Source of the DNA: a virus
Lineage: Duplodnaviria; Caudoviricetes
Virus record (IMG/VR): IMGVR_UViG_3300020045_004541
Span: 1-28,669 of that record
Reading direction: 5' to 3' (one strand)
DNA length: 28,669 nt
Position numbers and translations under genes: made by a program. Every line of letters begins with the position of its first letter. The first letter of the stretch is position 1. This document shows positions 9,132-15,852 of this stretch, one piece after another. The notes beneath the pieces were generated by a model. It was not told where the DNA came from and searched no databases. It was given only the letters and a program-made list of their open reading frames with translations.

Positions 9132-9804
9132 AGTTTACCCTGTGTTCAACTAAACCTCTTTTTAAAGCCCAGTTATGTACTGTACTAAAATTCTTTCCCA
9201 CTATCTCACCAATTCTTGTTAGGGTGTAGCCCTGTTCTCTTAGCCACATGGCTTTTGAGACAAGTGCTTTGTCGGACTTTCGTGGATCTCCATATTTACC
9301 CTTTACAATACGAGAAGCAGTGGTTTCACTGATATTAAACAACTTACCTAACTTCTTTATCGAGAGTGAATTTTCAGAGAAATACTTTTTAACACCCTCT
9401 TTAAAATCCTCATCGTAAAGAGTGTTGCCACGAACCGTCATTAAATTATTCTTGAATGCATGAACTGTTTGTTCTTGGTGTGTTGACCATTCTAAATTAT
9501 CAACTGTGTTATTTGACTTATCACCATCTTTGTGATTAACAGTTGGTTTATTATCAAGGTTGGGGATAAAGGCTTCAGCTACAAGCCTGTGTACTGGAGG
9601 CCAGCTTTCTTTCTCTTCACACTTCCAACGAAGATGTACACACTGGTATCCACCATCATTTATCTTTTGTTTTAAGGTCACACCTTTTCTGGTACGAAGT
9701 CCCCATCTAGTATTTGAAAGTCTGTCTAAACTTTTAACAGTACCTTTATCGCTAACCTGATAAACACCTTCGTAACCAACAACATCTTTAAACACTTCAA
9801 TCAT
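9124..9804 (-). CDS. Free-standing NUMOD4-HNH homing endonuclease (I-HmuI-like)
   Basis: YEGVYQVSDKGTVKSLDR (NUMOD4); VHRLVA...VNHKDGDKSNN..NLEW (HNH); C-terminal HTH-like segments. Confidence 0.9.
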   Translation of the reverse strand: MIEVFKDVVGYEGVYQVSDKGTVKSLDRLSNTRWGLRTRKGVTLKQKINDGGYQCVHLRWKCEEKESWPPVHRLVAEAFIPNLDNKPTVNHKDGDKSNNTVDNLEWSTHQEQTVHAFKNNLMTVRGNTLYDEDFKEGVKKYFSENSLSIKKLGKLFNISETTASRIVKGKYGDPRKSDKALVSKAMWLREQGYTLTRIGEIVGKNFSTVHNWALKRGLVEHRVNYE

Positions 9805-9811
9805 GTCTTTA

Positions 9812-9885
9812 CTCCAACTAGTTAAATTAAGTGAGACTAGCTTACTGAGTTGGCAGTAAGCAGGGCTTGCAATCCCGTTCGTCTC
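9812..9885 (-). promoter_or_regulatory. Three-way-junction RNA with a loop complementary to the HNH Shine-Dalgarno
   Basis: GAGAC/GUCUC stem, GGG-AUUGCAAG-CCC hairpin, GCUUACUG-CCAACU-CAGUAAGC hairpin; loop CCAACU pairs with AGUUGG overlapping the GGAG SD. Confidence 0.6.
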
Positions 9886-9894
9886 GTTTATAAA

Positions 9895-10350
9895 TTATTC
9901 GTCCTCATCTTCTTCCCAACTTTCTGGTATATCTAATTTCCTAATATGGGAACCTGTGGCAGCAAGAGCTTTAGCAGTTTCTTGCGGATCTTCCCTCGGA
10001 ATTATGTTAGCGTCTTTAGCCTTCTCAAGATCAACCTTATATTTAAGAATGTCAGCCTCTTCTTGAAGTTGAGCTTTAGTAAGGGTAACTGCATGGTTAG
10101 CTACATATTTAGCCACATCTACTTTCTGCTTATCAACTTCCTTACCGTCAATAACATCTTCAATAATGTTCAATGCTTTAGGAAGCATTGCTGCCATTCT
10201 GTCGGATAAGGTCTTTAATGATCTATTCTTACGTGGGCGAATTGTGTTAGCAGACGTCTTAGCTTCACCAGTCTTGCCCTTCTCATGAAATTCTTTAAGC
10301 TTAGCTTTCTGATCAGCTTTCTGTTGTTCTGTCAATACACCTTGTGGCAT
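9895..10350 (-). CDS. terS: Terminase small subunit (putative)
   Basis: Start ATG 10350 (MPQGVLTEQQ) with AAGG RBS; helical, acidic tail; upstream of terL. Confidence 0.6.
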   Translation of the reverse strand: MPQGVLTEQQKADQKAKLKEFHEKGKTGEAKTSANTIRPRKNRSLKTLSDRMAAMLPKALNIIEDVIDGKEVDKQKVDVAKYVANHAVTLTKAQLQEEADILKYKVDLEKAKDANIIPREDPQETAKALAATGSHIRKLDIPESWEEDEDE

Positions 10351-10365
10351 ATTATTTACCTTATG

Positions 10366-10522
10366 AAATAGAAAAGCCCAACATGACATTTCAGCTCTGT
10401 AAGCTTGGTGTGATTGGTTGGGCTAAAGGGATTATGCTCTACACTACACGGAATTTTTAGTGAAGCCCCGTAACTTCTGTGAGATGATTCCGAGCAAGAA
10501 CCAACCATTGAGCCAGTAGTGT
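10366..10522 (-). promoter_or_regulatory. Structured 5' leader / attenuator upstream of terS
   Basis: ACACUAC/GUAGUGU and CGGAAU/AUUCCG stems, then an AGCCCAAC/GUUGGGCU stem followed by UUUCUAUUU. Confidence 0.45.
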
Positions 10523-10571
10523 GATATTAAGTTTATATTTATTAGAATTTGTATACTTTGGTTATACAAAT

Positions 10572-10731
10572 AAAAGAAAAGCTAAACCAACTAAGGAATA
10601 GCTTTGTGGCGGCAAAGGCGTTTATAGCCGACGATGGTTTGGGAGCCGTTCCAACTTCCATCCGAATAAATAAACCTCTTGGTGTGCAACAGGGAAGCCT
10701 TTCGGGATCAATCTGTAGAGGCGTAGAGGTT
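10572..10731 (-). ncRNA. Unassigned small structured RNA modules ending in a terminator-like hairpin
   Basis: AACCUCU/AGAGGUU stem containing CC-GAAA-GG; GAUGG/CCAUC stem; CGGC/GCCG followed by CCA; AAAGCUA/UAGCUUU plus U-run. Confidence 0.35.
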
Positions 10732-11328
10732 ATGATTAACTAGATTGTCTTGTACTTCCCACAATAGCAGTGCTTGATAAACTCTAGAATCCACACGGTT
10801 TTTATAATCAACTGCAACACTTTTTACGTAGGTTTCTTTAACCTCTTTATATGCAGCAAAAGCATCTTCTGCGGTAGAATAATATCCAATGTGCCTCTTT
10901 TTACCCGCCACACTAACAGTAGCTTCGTAAGCACACCTTTTGCTATGAAAGTATACGCCTATTGGGTATTTACCTCTAGTTGAATTATTATCAAAGAGGA
11001 GGCAGTTCAGTTGTTGAGGGACAAATACGCAGTTATCCTCACTGTACAGGTGATTATGACGAACAAGTATGTCTTTGTCTAAGTGCCAACCATCTTCAGA
11101 GAAGCCGACCTGATTATTACACCACTCAGCAAAATACTGAAAGTTCAGAAAATTGTTGGATACTATACACTTTCTATATGTTGGGTTTCTCTCATTATAC
11201 TTTATTGAGTAGCAACGCTCTAACATGTTCATCCATTTAGTATATTCTCTAGTCCTTTTCCCCATAACCTTACTACAGTATTTACCTTTCTCATAAAAAC
11301 CCATGCCATATGCTAACTTTTCTTTCAC
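10708..11328 (-). CDS. Free-standing HNH-type homing endonuclease with AP2 domain
   Basis: W..MLERC, WHLDKDIL...YSEDNCVFVPQQLN nuclease core; PIGVYF...HIGYYSTAEDAFAAY AP2-like tail. Confidence 0.85.
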   Translation of the reverse strand: MKEKLAYGMGFYEKGKYCSKVMGKRTREYTKWMNMLERCYSIKYNERNPTYRKCIVSNNFLNFQYFAEWCNNQVGFSEDGWHLDKDILVRHNHLYSEDNCVFVPQQLNCLLFDNNSTRGKYPIGVYFHSKRCAYEATVSVAGKKRHIGYYSTAEDAFAAYKEVKETYVKSVAVDYKNRVDSRVYQALLLWEVQDNLVNHNLYASTD

Positions 11329-11332
11329 TACT

Positions 11333-11361
11333 TACCACCCTAAATTAATTAAAGGATGGTA
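11333..11361 (-). promoter_or_regulatory. RBS-sequestering hairpin of the HNH gene
   Basis: UACCAUCCU/AGGGUGGUA 9-bp stem covering the SD, ending 4 nt before the GTG start. Confidence 0.6.
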
Positions 11362-11420
11362 CCATGCCCTCACAGCCACATTAAATGCAACCTACAAGAG
11401 GGACTTACAGTTTACCATAA

Positions 11421-11689
11421 TTCTCAGTATCTTTCCTTGCTGCTCTCAAGGAGGTGTTCTATTTGCTCTTATTGCTAGCCGAACAGGCGCTCCGCAGACC
11501 AATTACATGTTTTACGTCAGGATGGCTTTTAACCGGACATACGACCATAGGCTACTTTACATGTGCAACCACACTACCTACACGAAGATTCCCACACGAT
11601 ACTAGATGTGGTTGTTTGGTCTCTCTTTCGAGTCTCACCCTTTGGTGTGTATGTAACCGCTTTCGCCATTACACGCCCTATACTAAGAA
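11421..11689 (-). ncRNA. Large (~270 nt) multi-stem ncRNA of unknown family
   Basis: 10-bp closing helix UUCUUAGUAU/AUACUGAGAA, two GAAA tetraloops, nested helices AGACCAA/UUGGUCU, CAACCACA/UGUGGUUG, ACAUGU/ACAUGU, UCCUUG/CAAGGA; no credible ORF. Confidence 0.6.
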
Positions 11690-11812
11690 AGAACTTAATC
11701 TTGTTAGCTAAGGGATGGTAATCTGCTTTCCACTAACGTAGGAAACACTAACCAGACGAATTCATTCAAGAATTATTGTGTACCCGAAAGTACGTCCCTA
11801 TTGGGAATAAAA

Positions 11813-11923
11813 TAAACCTGATGTATCCCCTAGTCGCGCCTTCAACTAGCCATTATTCTAGTAGAGTTACAGGTTCGTTAACTTGGTAACATCCTACGGA
11901 GACAAAGTTCAACATCAGGTTTA
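11813..11923 (-). ncRNA. ~110-nt multibranch RNA closed by a perfect 12-bp stem
   Basis: UAAACCUGAUGU/ACAUCAGGUUUA with internal hairpins UCC/GGA, GUUAC/GUAAC, CUAGUU/GACUAG. Confidence 0.5.
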
Positions 11924-12021
11924 AAATTCTTTAGCCTGTCTACGACACACCAGTAGGCAATTCTGGAGAGGAGAGGTATTATGAGAACCTTGTGTCTATC
12001 CGCTTGTGCGGGAACTTTATT

Positions 12022-12107
12022 TGGAGGAAGGTCAAGGAATTGAACCCTTACCGTTTCCGATAGCGACAGTTTTCAAGACTGTTTGTACACCATGTACGCA
12101 ACCTTCC
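12022..12107 (-). tRNA. tRNA-Ser (anticodon UGA)
   Basis: Acceptor GGAAGGU/ACCUUCC, anticodon arm ACAGU-CUUGAAA-ACUGU, long variable arm, UUCAAUU T-loop, encoded CCA. Confidence 0.92.
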
Positions 12108-12111
12108 AAAT

Positions 12112-12200
12112 TGGCAGAAAGCGGCTTAATCGAAAAGCATCCCGTTAAAGAGACGATCTACTTAGCAGGTAGTCCTAGAAACCTTCCTAGTTCACTTTCT
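12112..12200 (-). tRNA. tRNA-Ser (anticodon GCU)
   Basis: Acceptor AGAAAGU/GCUUUCU, loop CUGCUAA, long variable arm, UUCGAUU T-loop, GCCA end. Confidence 0.88.
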
Positions 12201-12226
12201 ATAATAAATAATTTAGCTTGTATATA

Positions 12227-12255
12227 AGTTTAGCAGATTCTGATAGCTTTGTCAA
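12227..12255 (-). promoter_or_regulatory. sigma70-type promoter of the tRNA/ncRNA cluster
   Basis: TTGACA-17 nt-TAAACT with extended -10 TG and AT-rich upstream sequence. Confidence 0.8.
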
Positions 12256-12284
12256 GCTTTATTTTCATATTTCGTAAAATAATT

Positions 12285-12488
12285 TCAATAATCACAGGTT
12301 AATACGCCTGTAACCCCTTCTCTGAGGTTTTCAAACATATATTCATGTGACCAGTCATCATCTTCTTGGTCTGTGTAGAAAACATGCTTACGGCATTCTC
12401 CACACATATCTTCAGGACTACCGTCTTCCTGAACTAACTTCATTTCGCTTATAGTAAGCTGGTTATCACAACATACGCATCTAAGCAT
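12285..12488 (-). CDS. Small Zn-finger-like hypothetical protein
   Basis: MLRCVCCD...CGEC; AAGGA RBS before ATG 12488. Confidence 0.6.
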   Translation of the reverse strand: MLRCVCCDNQLTISEMKLVQEDGSPEDMCGECRKHVFYTDQEDDDWSHEYMFENLREGVTGVLTCDY

Positions 12489-12511
12489 ATTGTCCTTCTT
12501 ATTGTTTATTG

Positions 12512-12652
12512 TCATTTGAAATAGTGGTCTAAGTAACTGTGACACTTCCTGAACTCTGGATAACCACAATCTACCACTCTTGTATAGTCTATGAGAAAGA
12601 TTGCTCCACCAAGAACTACGCACATGATTAATGTCTTTAGCTTCTCTTTCAT
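12512..12652 (-). CDS. Small membrane protein
   Basis: MKEKLKTLIMCVVLGGAIFLI; GAGGA RBS. Confidence 0.55.
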   Translation of the reverse strand: MKEKLKTLIMCVVLGGAIFLIDYTRVVDCGYPEFRKCHSYLDHYFK

Positions 12653-12684
12653 AATTTCCTCTTTAATTTCTAAGCTACCCATAT

Positions 12685-12714
12685 AGAATACCATGTAAAA
12701 ATGCAATATGTCAA
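12685..12714 (-). promoter_or_regulatory. sigma70-type promoter
   Basis: TTGACA-18 nt-TATTCT. Confidence 0.6.
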
Positions 12715-12751
12715 GAGGCAGCTATATGATATTTTGTTATATACATTATAA

Positions 12752-12979
12752 CTAAAAGTTATCAGACTTCTTAGGTTGTTCAAAGTACCTAGCCCTACAG
12801 TGGAAGTAGTAAATAGACTCCAACTCATAAAACCACTTACCATTAGCCCAAGTTCGGATAACGTAGTAATGATTATCAACCAAAGCCCTAACATGAATTC
12901 TGCAATTATTGCTGTTCCCATAATTAACCAAGTAAGACATTCCCACTTCTGGGGTGAAGTCAGAGACAAACTCTTCCAT
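12752..12979 (-). CDS. Hypothetical protein
   Basis: 75 aa, GAGGAG RBS. Confidence 0.6.
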   Translation of the reverse strand: MEEFVSDFTPEVGMSYLVNYGNSNNCRIHVRALVDNHYYVIRTWANGKWFYELESIYYFHCRARYFEQPKKSDNF

Positions 12980-13061
12980 ATTAACTCCTCTTCTTTGATT
13001 ATGACCACTTTAGCATTTACCTATACCAAAGTGCCAGTTTGTTGTTAAAAGCTCCTATACG

Positions 13062-13463
13062 TCAATTTAGGATGGTTCCTGAGTGCCTGTATTCTCGCTC
13101 CTTCAAGTACATCTTGTAATGTACATCTAATTGACACAAGGCTTCTTTATAATCAATAAGAGATACAAGGTAATCGTCGTCAATATCTTTTAAAGGAATC
13201 CAAGTTAATGGCTGATCGCCATTCTTTCCTCTTGATCCACGACAGAGGTGTTTACGAATAAGCTCGAAGTCACTATCTTCATCGAGATTCATTGATAAGT
13301 ATTTATCCCTGTCAACTACACAAGACCTAATATAGTCAGTACCACCATCTCGGCTAACATTTCCGCAAGTACATGTGACGTAATCATGCCTGTGGTGAGA
13401 CTGAATCTCATCTCCACATTCTAGGCACTTAGCTCTATTCACTACTAATCTTGGTTCATTCAT
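13062..13463 (-). CDS. Zn-binding conserved phage protein
   Basis: CLECGD...HRHDYVTCTCG...DGG motif. Confidence 0.7.
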   Translation of the reverse strand: MNEPRLVVNRAKCLECGDEIQSHHRHDYVTCTCGNVSRDGGTDYIRSCVVDRDKYLSMNLDEDSDFELIRKHLCRGSRGKNGDQPLTWIPLKDIDDDYLVSLIDYKEALCQLDVHYKMYLKEREYRHSGTILN

Positions 13464-13656
13464 CTTTAAACTCCTCTTGTATTCTAATTAAGTCATCCCA
13501 AGAATCAGATATATCATCTCTAGTATCAATAACTACCTTTAACGTGCCAGTAAACCTAGCCATCAGTTTTTCCAAGGCGTTGTGATCCTCCCACCATTCT
13601 GCTATTTTATGATCATAACGTCTAAGTGCTTCTTCTTTTCTTTCTCGCAGGTTCAC
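13456..13656 (-). CDS. Hypothetical protein
   Basis: 66 aa, overlaps both neighbours in an operon. Confidence 0.55.
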   Translation of the reverse strand: MNLRERKEEALRRYDHKIAEWWEDHNALEKLMARFTGTLKVVIDTRDDISDSWDDLIRIQEEFKDE

Positions 13657-13901
13657 TTCATTCTCTCCATCAACATATACACAGCAATGAACGGGGAAGC
13701 TATAAATCCAGCCACAAGGAACAAACCCACTACTTGGGTATCCGATGCACTCTTAAATGTCTCTGCGAACGTCTTATCCATCTTCCTGAACGTCTGTACA
13801 ACGAACTCCAGATTACCAAACCTCTCTTTGAGCATGTATGCTGTAGTGAATGTCAGGAATAGGCTGATTATGAGATATGTCTGTAAGTAGATCATTCCCA
13901 A
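13653..13901 (-). CDS. Hypothetical membrane protein
   Basis: Two hydrophobic segments; coupled to neighbours. Confidence 0.55.
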   Translation of the reverse strand: MGMIYLQTYLIISLFLTFTTAYMLKERFGNLEFVVQTFRKMDKTFAETFKSASDTQVVGLFLVAGFIASPFIAVYMLMERMK

Positions 13902-14038
13902 AACCTCACACTACCTCTTGATATTTCCTCTCCATTAAGGGTGAGAGTGACAATCACATCTCTGTAATCTGCCTCATTATTACCATCAACATAAATACTA
14001 AGGTTCTCTTTCAACCACTCAATCTGTTCTTCTGTCAT
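13892..14038 (-). CDS. Hypothetical protein
   Basis: MTEEQIEWLKENL; AGGAG RBS before ATG 14038. Confidence 0.55.
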   Translation of the reverse strand: MTEEQIEWLKENLSIYVDGNNEADYRDVIVTLTLNGEEISRGSVRFWE

Positions 14039-14225
14039 AATATTTCTCCTGTATAAGTTGTTTAATTCTAAATTCTCCATATACAATCTCAGCTAATCCA
14101 GAACGTAGTAGGTTAATCTTAGCCTGCTCTACAGCTTTAAGTGGATTATCTTGGTTTAGTTTCTTTAGGTTGTCAAGAAGTAATTGGAGATTATTATTCA
14201 AATCTTCCCATTGTTGGTTGTTCAT
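14019..14225 (-). CDS. Hypothetical protein
   Basis: 68 aa, GAGG RBS. Confidence 0.5.
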   Translation of the reverse strand: MNNQQWEDLNNNLQLLLDNLKKLNQDNPLKAVEQAKINLLRSGLAEIVYGEFRIKQLIQEKYYDRRTD

Positions 14226-14413
14226 AACACGTCCTCATTAACTTCTTCTGTAGATACATAATAATTATCTCCATACTCACCAGTGTAAGGGTTAGCCTCA
14301 ATCAGCAGTTCACATTCGTATTCTGCCTTATCTTTATTCAAGTATCTACCCTCAGTCCACTGCCAGTTATTACAACCATCAAAGTAATGACCAACTATCT
14401 CATAAATTATCAT
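14222..14413 (-). CDS. Hypothetical protein
   Basis: 63 aa, AGGAG RBS. Confidence 0.6.
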   Translation of the reverse strand: MIIYEIVGHYFDGCNNWQWTEGRYLNKDKAEYECELLIEANPYTGEYGDNYYVSTEEVNEDVL

Positions 14414-14432
14414 AATCTCTCCTAACTGTTAT

Positions 14433-14597
14433 TTACTCTACCAAACAATGGTACACCATAGAATCTGCTTGTTCAAGACATTCTATAGCAGAAATAATGA
14501 ATCCATAATTCTCTGGATCAGTTTGTAGTCTTGCTTCCAGTTGTTTGATTATCTTGTTTATGTCTTCCATAATTGGCACTAGCTCTTGTCTACTCAT
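14433..14597 (-). CDS. Hypothetical protein (54 aa, below ORF-track cutoff)
   Basis: MSRQELVPIMEDINKIIKQLEARL...; AGGAG RBS. Confidence 0.55.
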   Translation of the reverse strand: MSRQELVPIMEDINKIIKQLEARLQTDPENYGFIISAIECLEQADSMVYHCLVE

Positions 14598-14675
14598 AAC
14601 TTCTCCTGATTGTATTCTTTAGTTATAAATATCTAATTAAGTATTACTAGATAATATATTAATTGAAATGAGTTC

Positions 14676-15048
14676 AGAAAAAGGTAAAAAGACCCCTAAG
14701 CTTCCCATACACTTCTTGTAACCCTGCGGCTACTGTGCTTAGAGAAGACTTAGAGTCGATTACCTTAATCACTACCGTTATCAATTGAAATTGAGACGAG
14801 AATGAAGGTCTATACTACTTATTGATAGTTGAGTATAGTTGGTGGCATTTTTAGGCTATCAACCTTGTTACTAAGTCCCCACTCTTTAGACCGGACTTTT
14901 GTGCTGTAATAACTCCGTGGTACACTTTAAGGATTGGACGCCCGTTGCATTACTGACCCCAACCAATCCTGAGAATGTTTGACATATACATTCAAATGCT
15001 TCACAATGCCCTTTGTTATCAGGTTAGAGGGAAGATTTATTTCACTAG
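14676..15048 (-). ncRNA. ~370-nt ORF-free structured transcript (ncRNA or origin-priming RNA)
   Basis: Begins downstream of promoter 15055-15083; serial hairpins; ends in a long stem (14681-14766) followed by a U-run. Confidence 0.5.
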
Positions 15049-15054
15049 GTATAT

Positions 15055-15083
15055 AGATTACAGGAAGAATTTCAATTTGTCAA
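15055..15083 (-). promoter_or_regulatory. sigma70-type promoter, leftward
   Basis: TTGACA-17 nt-TAATCT. Confidence 0.65.
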
Positions 15084-15142
15084 GTCTGAAGTGTAAAGAT
15101 TTGTAAAGATAGCCTTAAAACACAATAAATTTACACCTACGC

Positions 15143-15172
15143 TTGACAAAATGGCTTTTAATAGTTTAAGAT
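15143..15172 (+). promoter_or_regulatory. sigma70-type promoter, rightward (divergent pair)
   Basis: TTGACA-18 nt-TAAGAT upstream of an AGGAGG RBS. Confidence 0.65.
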
Positions 15173-15203
15173 TGATGGGTAAGTTAATTTAATAGGAGGA
15201 ATT

Positions 15204-15464
15204 ATGGCAACTAAAGATATTACAGATACGCAAGTCTGTGAAGCATATGTAGCCTTCAGGAGTTACTCAGCAGCAGGGTTATATGACTGGTGGCCTTATT
15301 TGATCCTGATGGATAGGACTGGACAGCCAGAGAAAGTGTGTTACCGTGCTTGTGAAAGGGCACAGAATAGAGGTTACGTTGAATGTGGAGTAAGCTTGAG
15401 GTCAGGTTGGCTTACAGATAAAGGTTTAGAACTAATAGGAGGAAGTGATGGAAGAAGGTTTTGA
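15204..15464 (+). CDS. Hypothetical protein, winged-helix-like
   Basis: AGGAGG RBS; RGYVE...WLTDKG C-terminus. Confidence 0.65.
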   Translation: MATKDITDTQVCEAYVAFRSYSAAGLYDWWPYLILMDRTGQPEKVCYRACERAQNRGYVECGVSLRSGWLTDKGLELIGGSDGRRF

Positions 15465-15615
15465 TAATGTTGTTCGATACTATGCTGTGGATAATTGTCA
15501 GTACGGCTATGTAGAAGAGTGTGAGTTGGGTGATTTAGTCATGTATGAGAACTATGAAAAACTGCTTAACGCCTACAAAGAACTTAAACACAGAATGGAG
15601 GGATTGGAGAAGTGA
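15448..15615 (+). CDS. Hypothetical protein (55 aa)
   Basis: MEEGFDNVVRYY...; AGGAGG RBS; not in ORF track. Confidence 0.6.
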   Translation: MEEGFDNVVRYYAVDNCQYGYVEECELGDLVMYENYEKLLNAYKELKHRMEGLEK

Positions 15616-15836
15616 CACCAGAGGAGCAAGGGTTAGCTTTAGCTCAACAAGTATTTTCTGAAAGACTTGCAGAATTAGAAAAGTTAGCTCAGTATATGAA
15701 AGACAGTGGAAAACTTCCCCATGAGTACATCGTCTGTGACAATTGGGAGGCTGTTCTAGCTGGACTAGACAAAGGCGAAGTGGTAGGTTACGAGTGCTGG
15801 TGTCTGCCCAAATTATCAGCAAATACATTTATTTAA
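15612..15836 (+). CDS. Hypothetical protein
   Basis: GTG start overlapping the previous stop (GTGA). Confidence 0.55.
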   Translation: MTPEEQGLALAQQVFSERLAELEKLAQYMKDSGKLPHEYIVCDNWEAVLAGLDKGEVVGYECWCLPKLSANTFI

Positions 15837-15852
15837 CAAAGGAGAATAAAAC

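Noticed and set aside
33-10209. Plus-strand ORFs overlapping the structural genes (e.g. 871, 1899, 2992, 4410, 8700)
   Set aside because: Shadow ORFs antisense to well-supported minus-strand genes or introns
11421-11689. RNase P RNA, tmRNA or a third intron
   Set aside because: No GAGGAAAGUCC/CR-V arrangement, no tRNA-like ends or tag ORF, and no group I R/S or group II domain V motifs recognised
11925-12021. tRNA-associated theta/HDV-like ribozyme after tRNA-Ser
   Set aside because: The trailer begins with an A-rich linker and I could not build the nested double pseudoknot; only small hairpins are present
12022-12107. Selenocysteine or suppressor tRNA, or genetic-code reassignment
   Set aside because: The anticodon is UGA (reads Ser UCA), not UCA; genes are intact under the standard code and all three stop codons are used
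10390-12240. Plus-strand ORFs 10549, 10774, 10980, 11303, 11454, 12006
   Set aside because: No RBS, atypical composition, and antisense to tRNAs, the HNH gene or structured RNA
14448-14476. TTGAAC-17-TACCAT promoter
   Set aside because: Lies inside a small CDS and has an imperfect -35; plausible but not supportable
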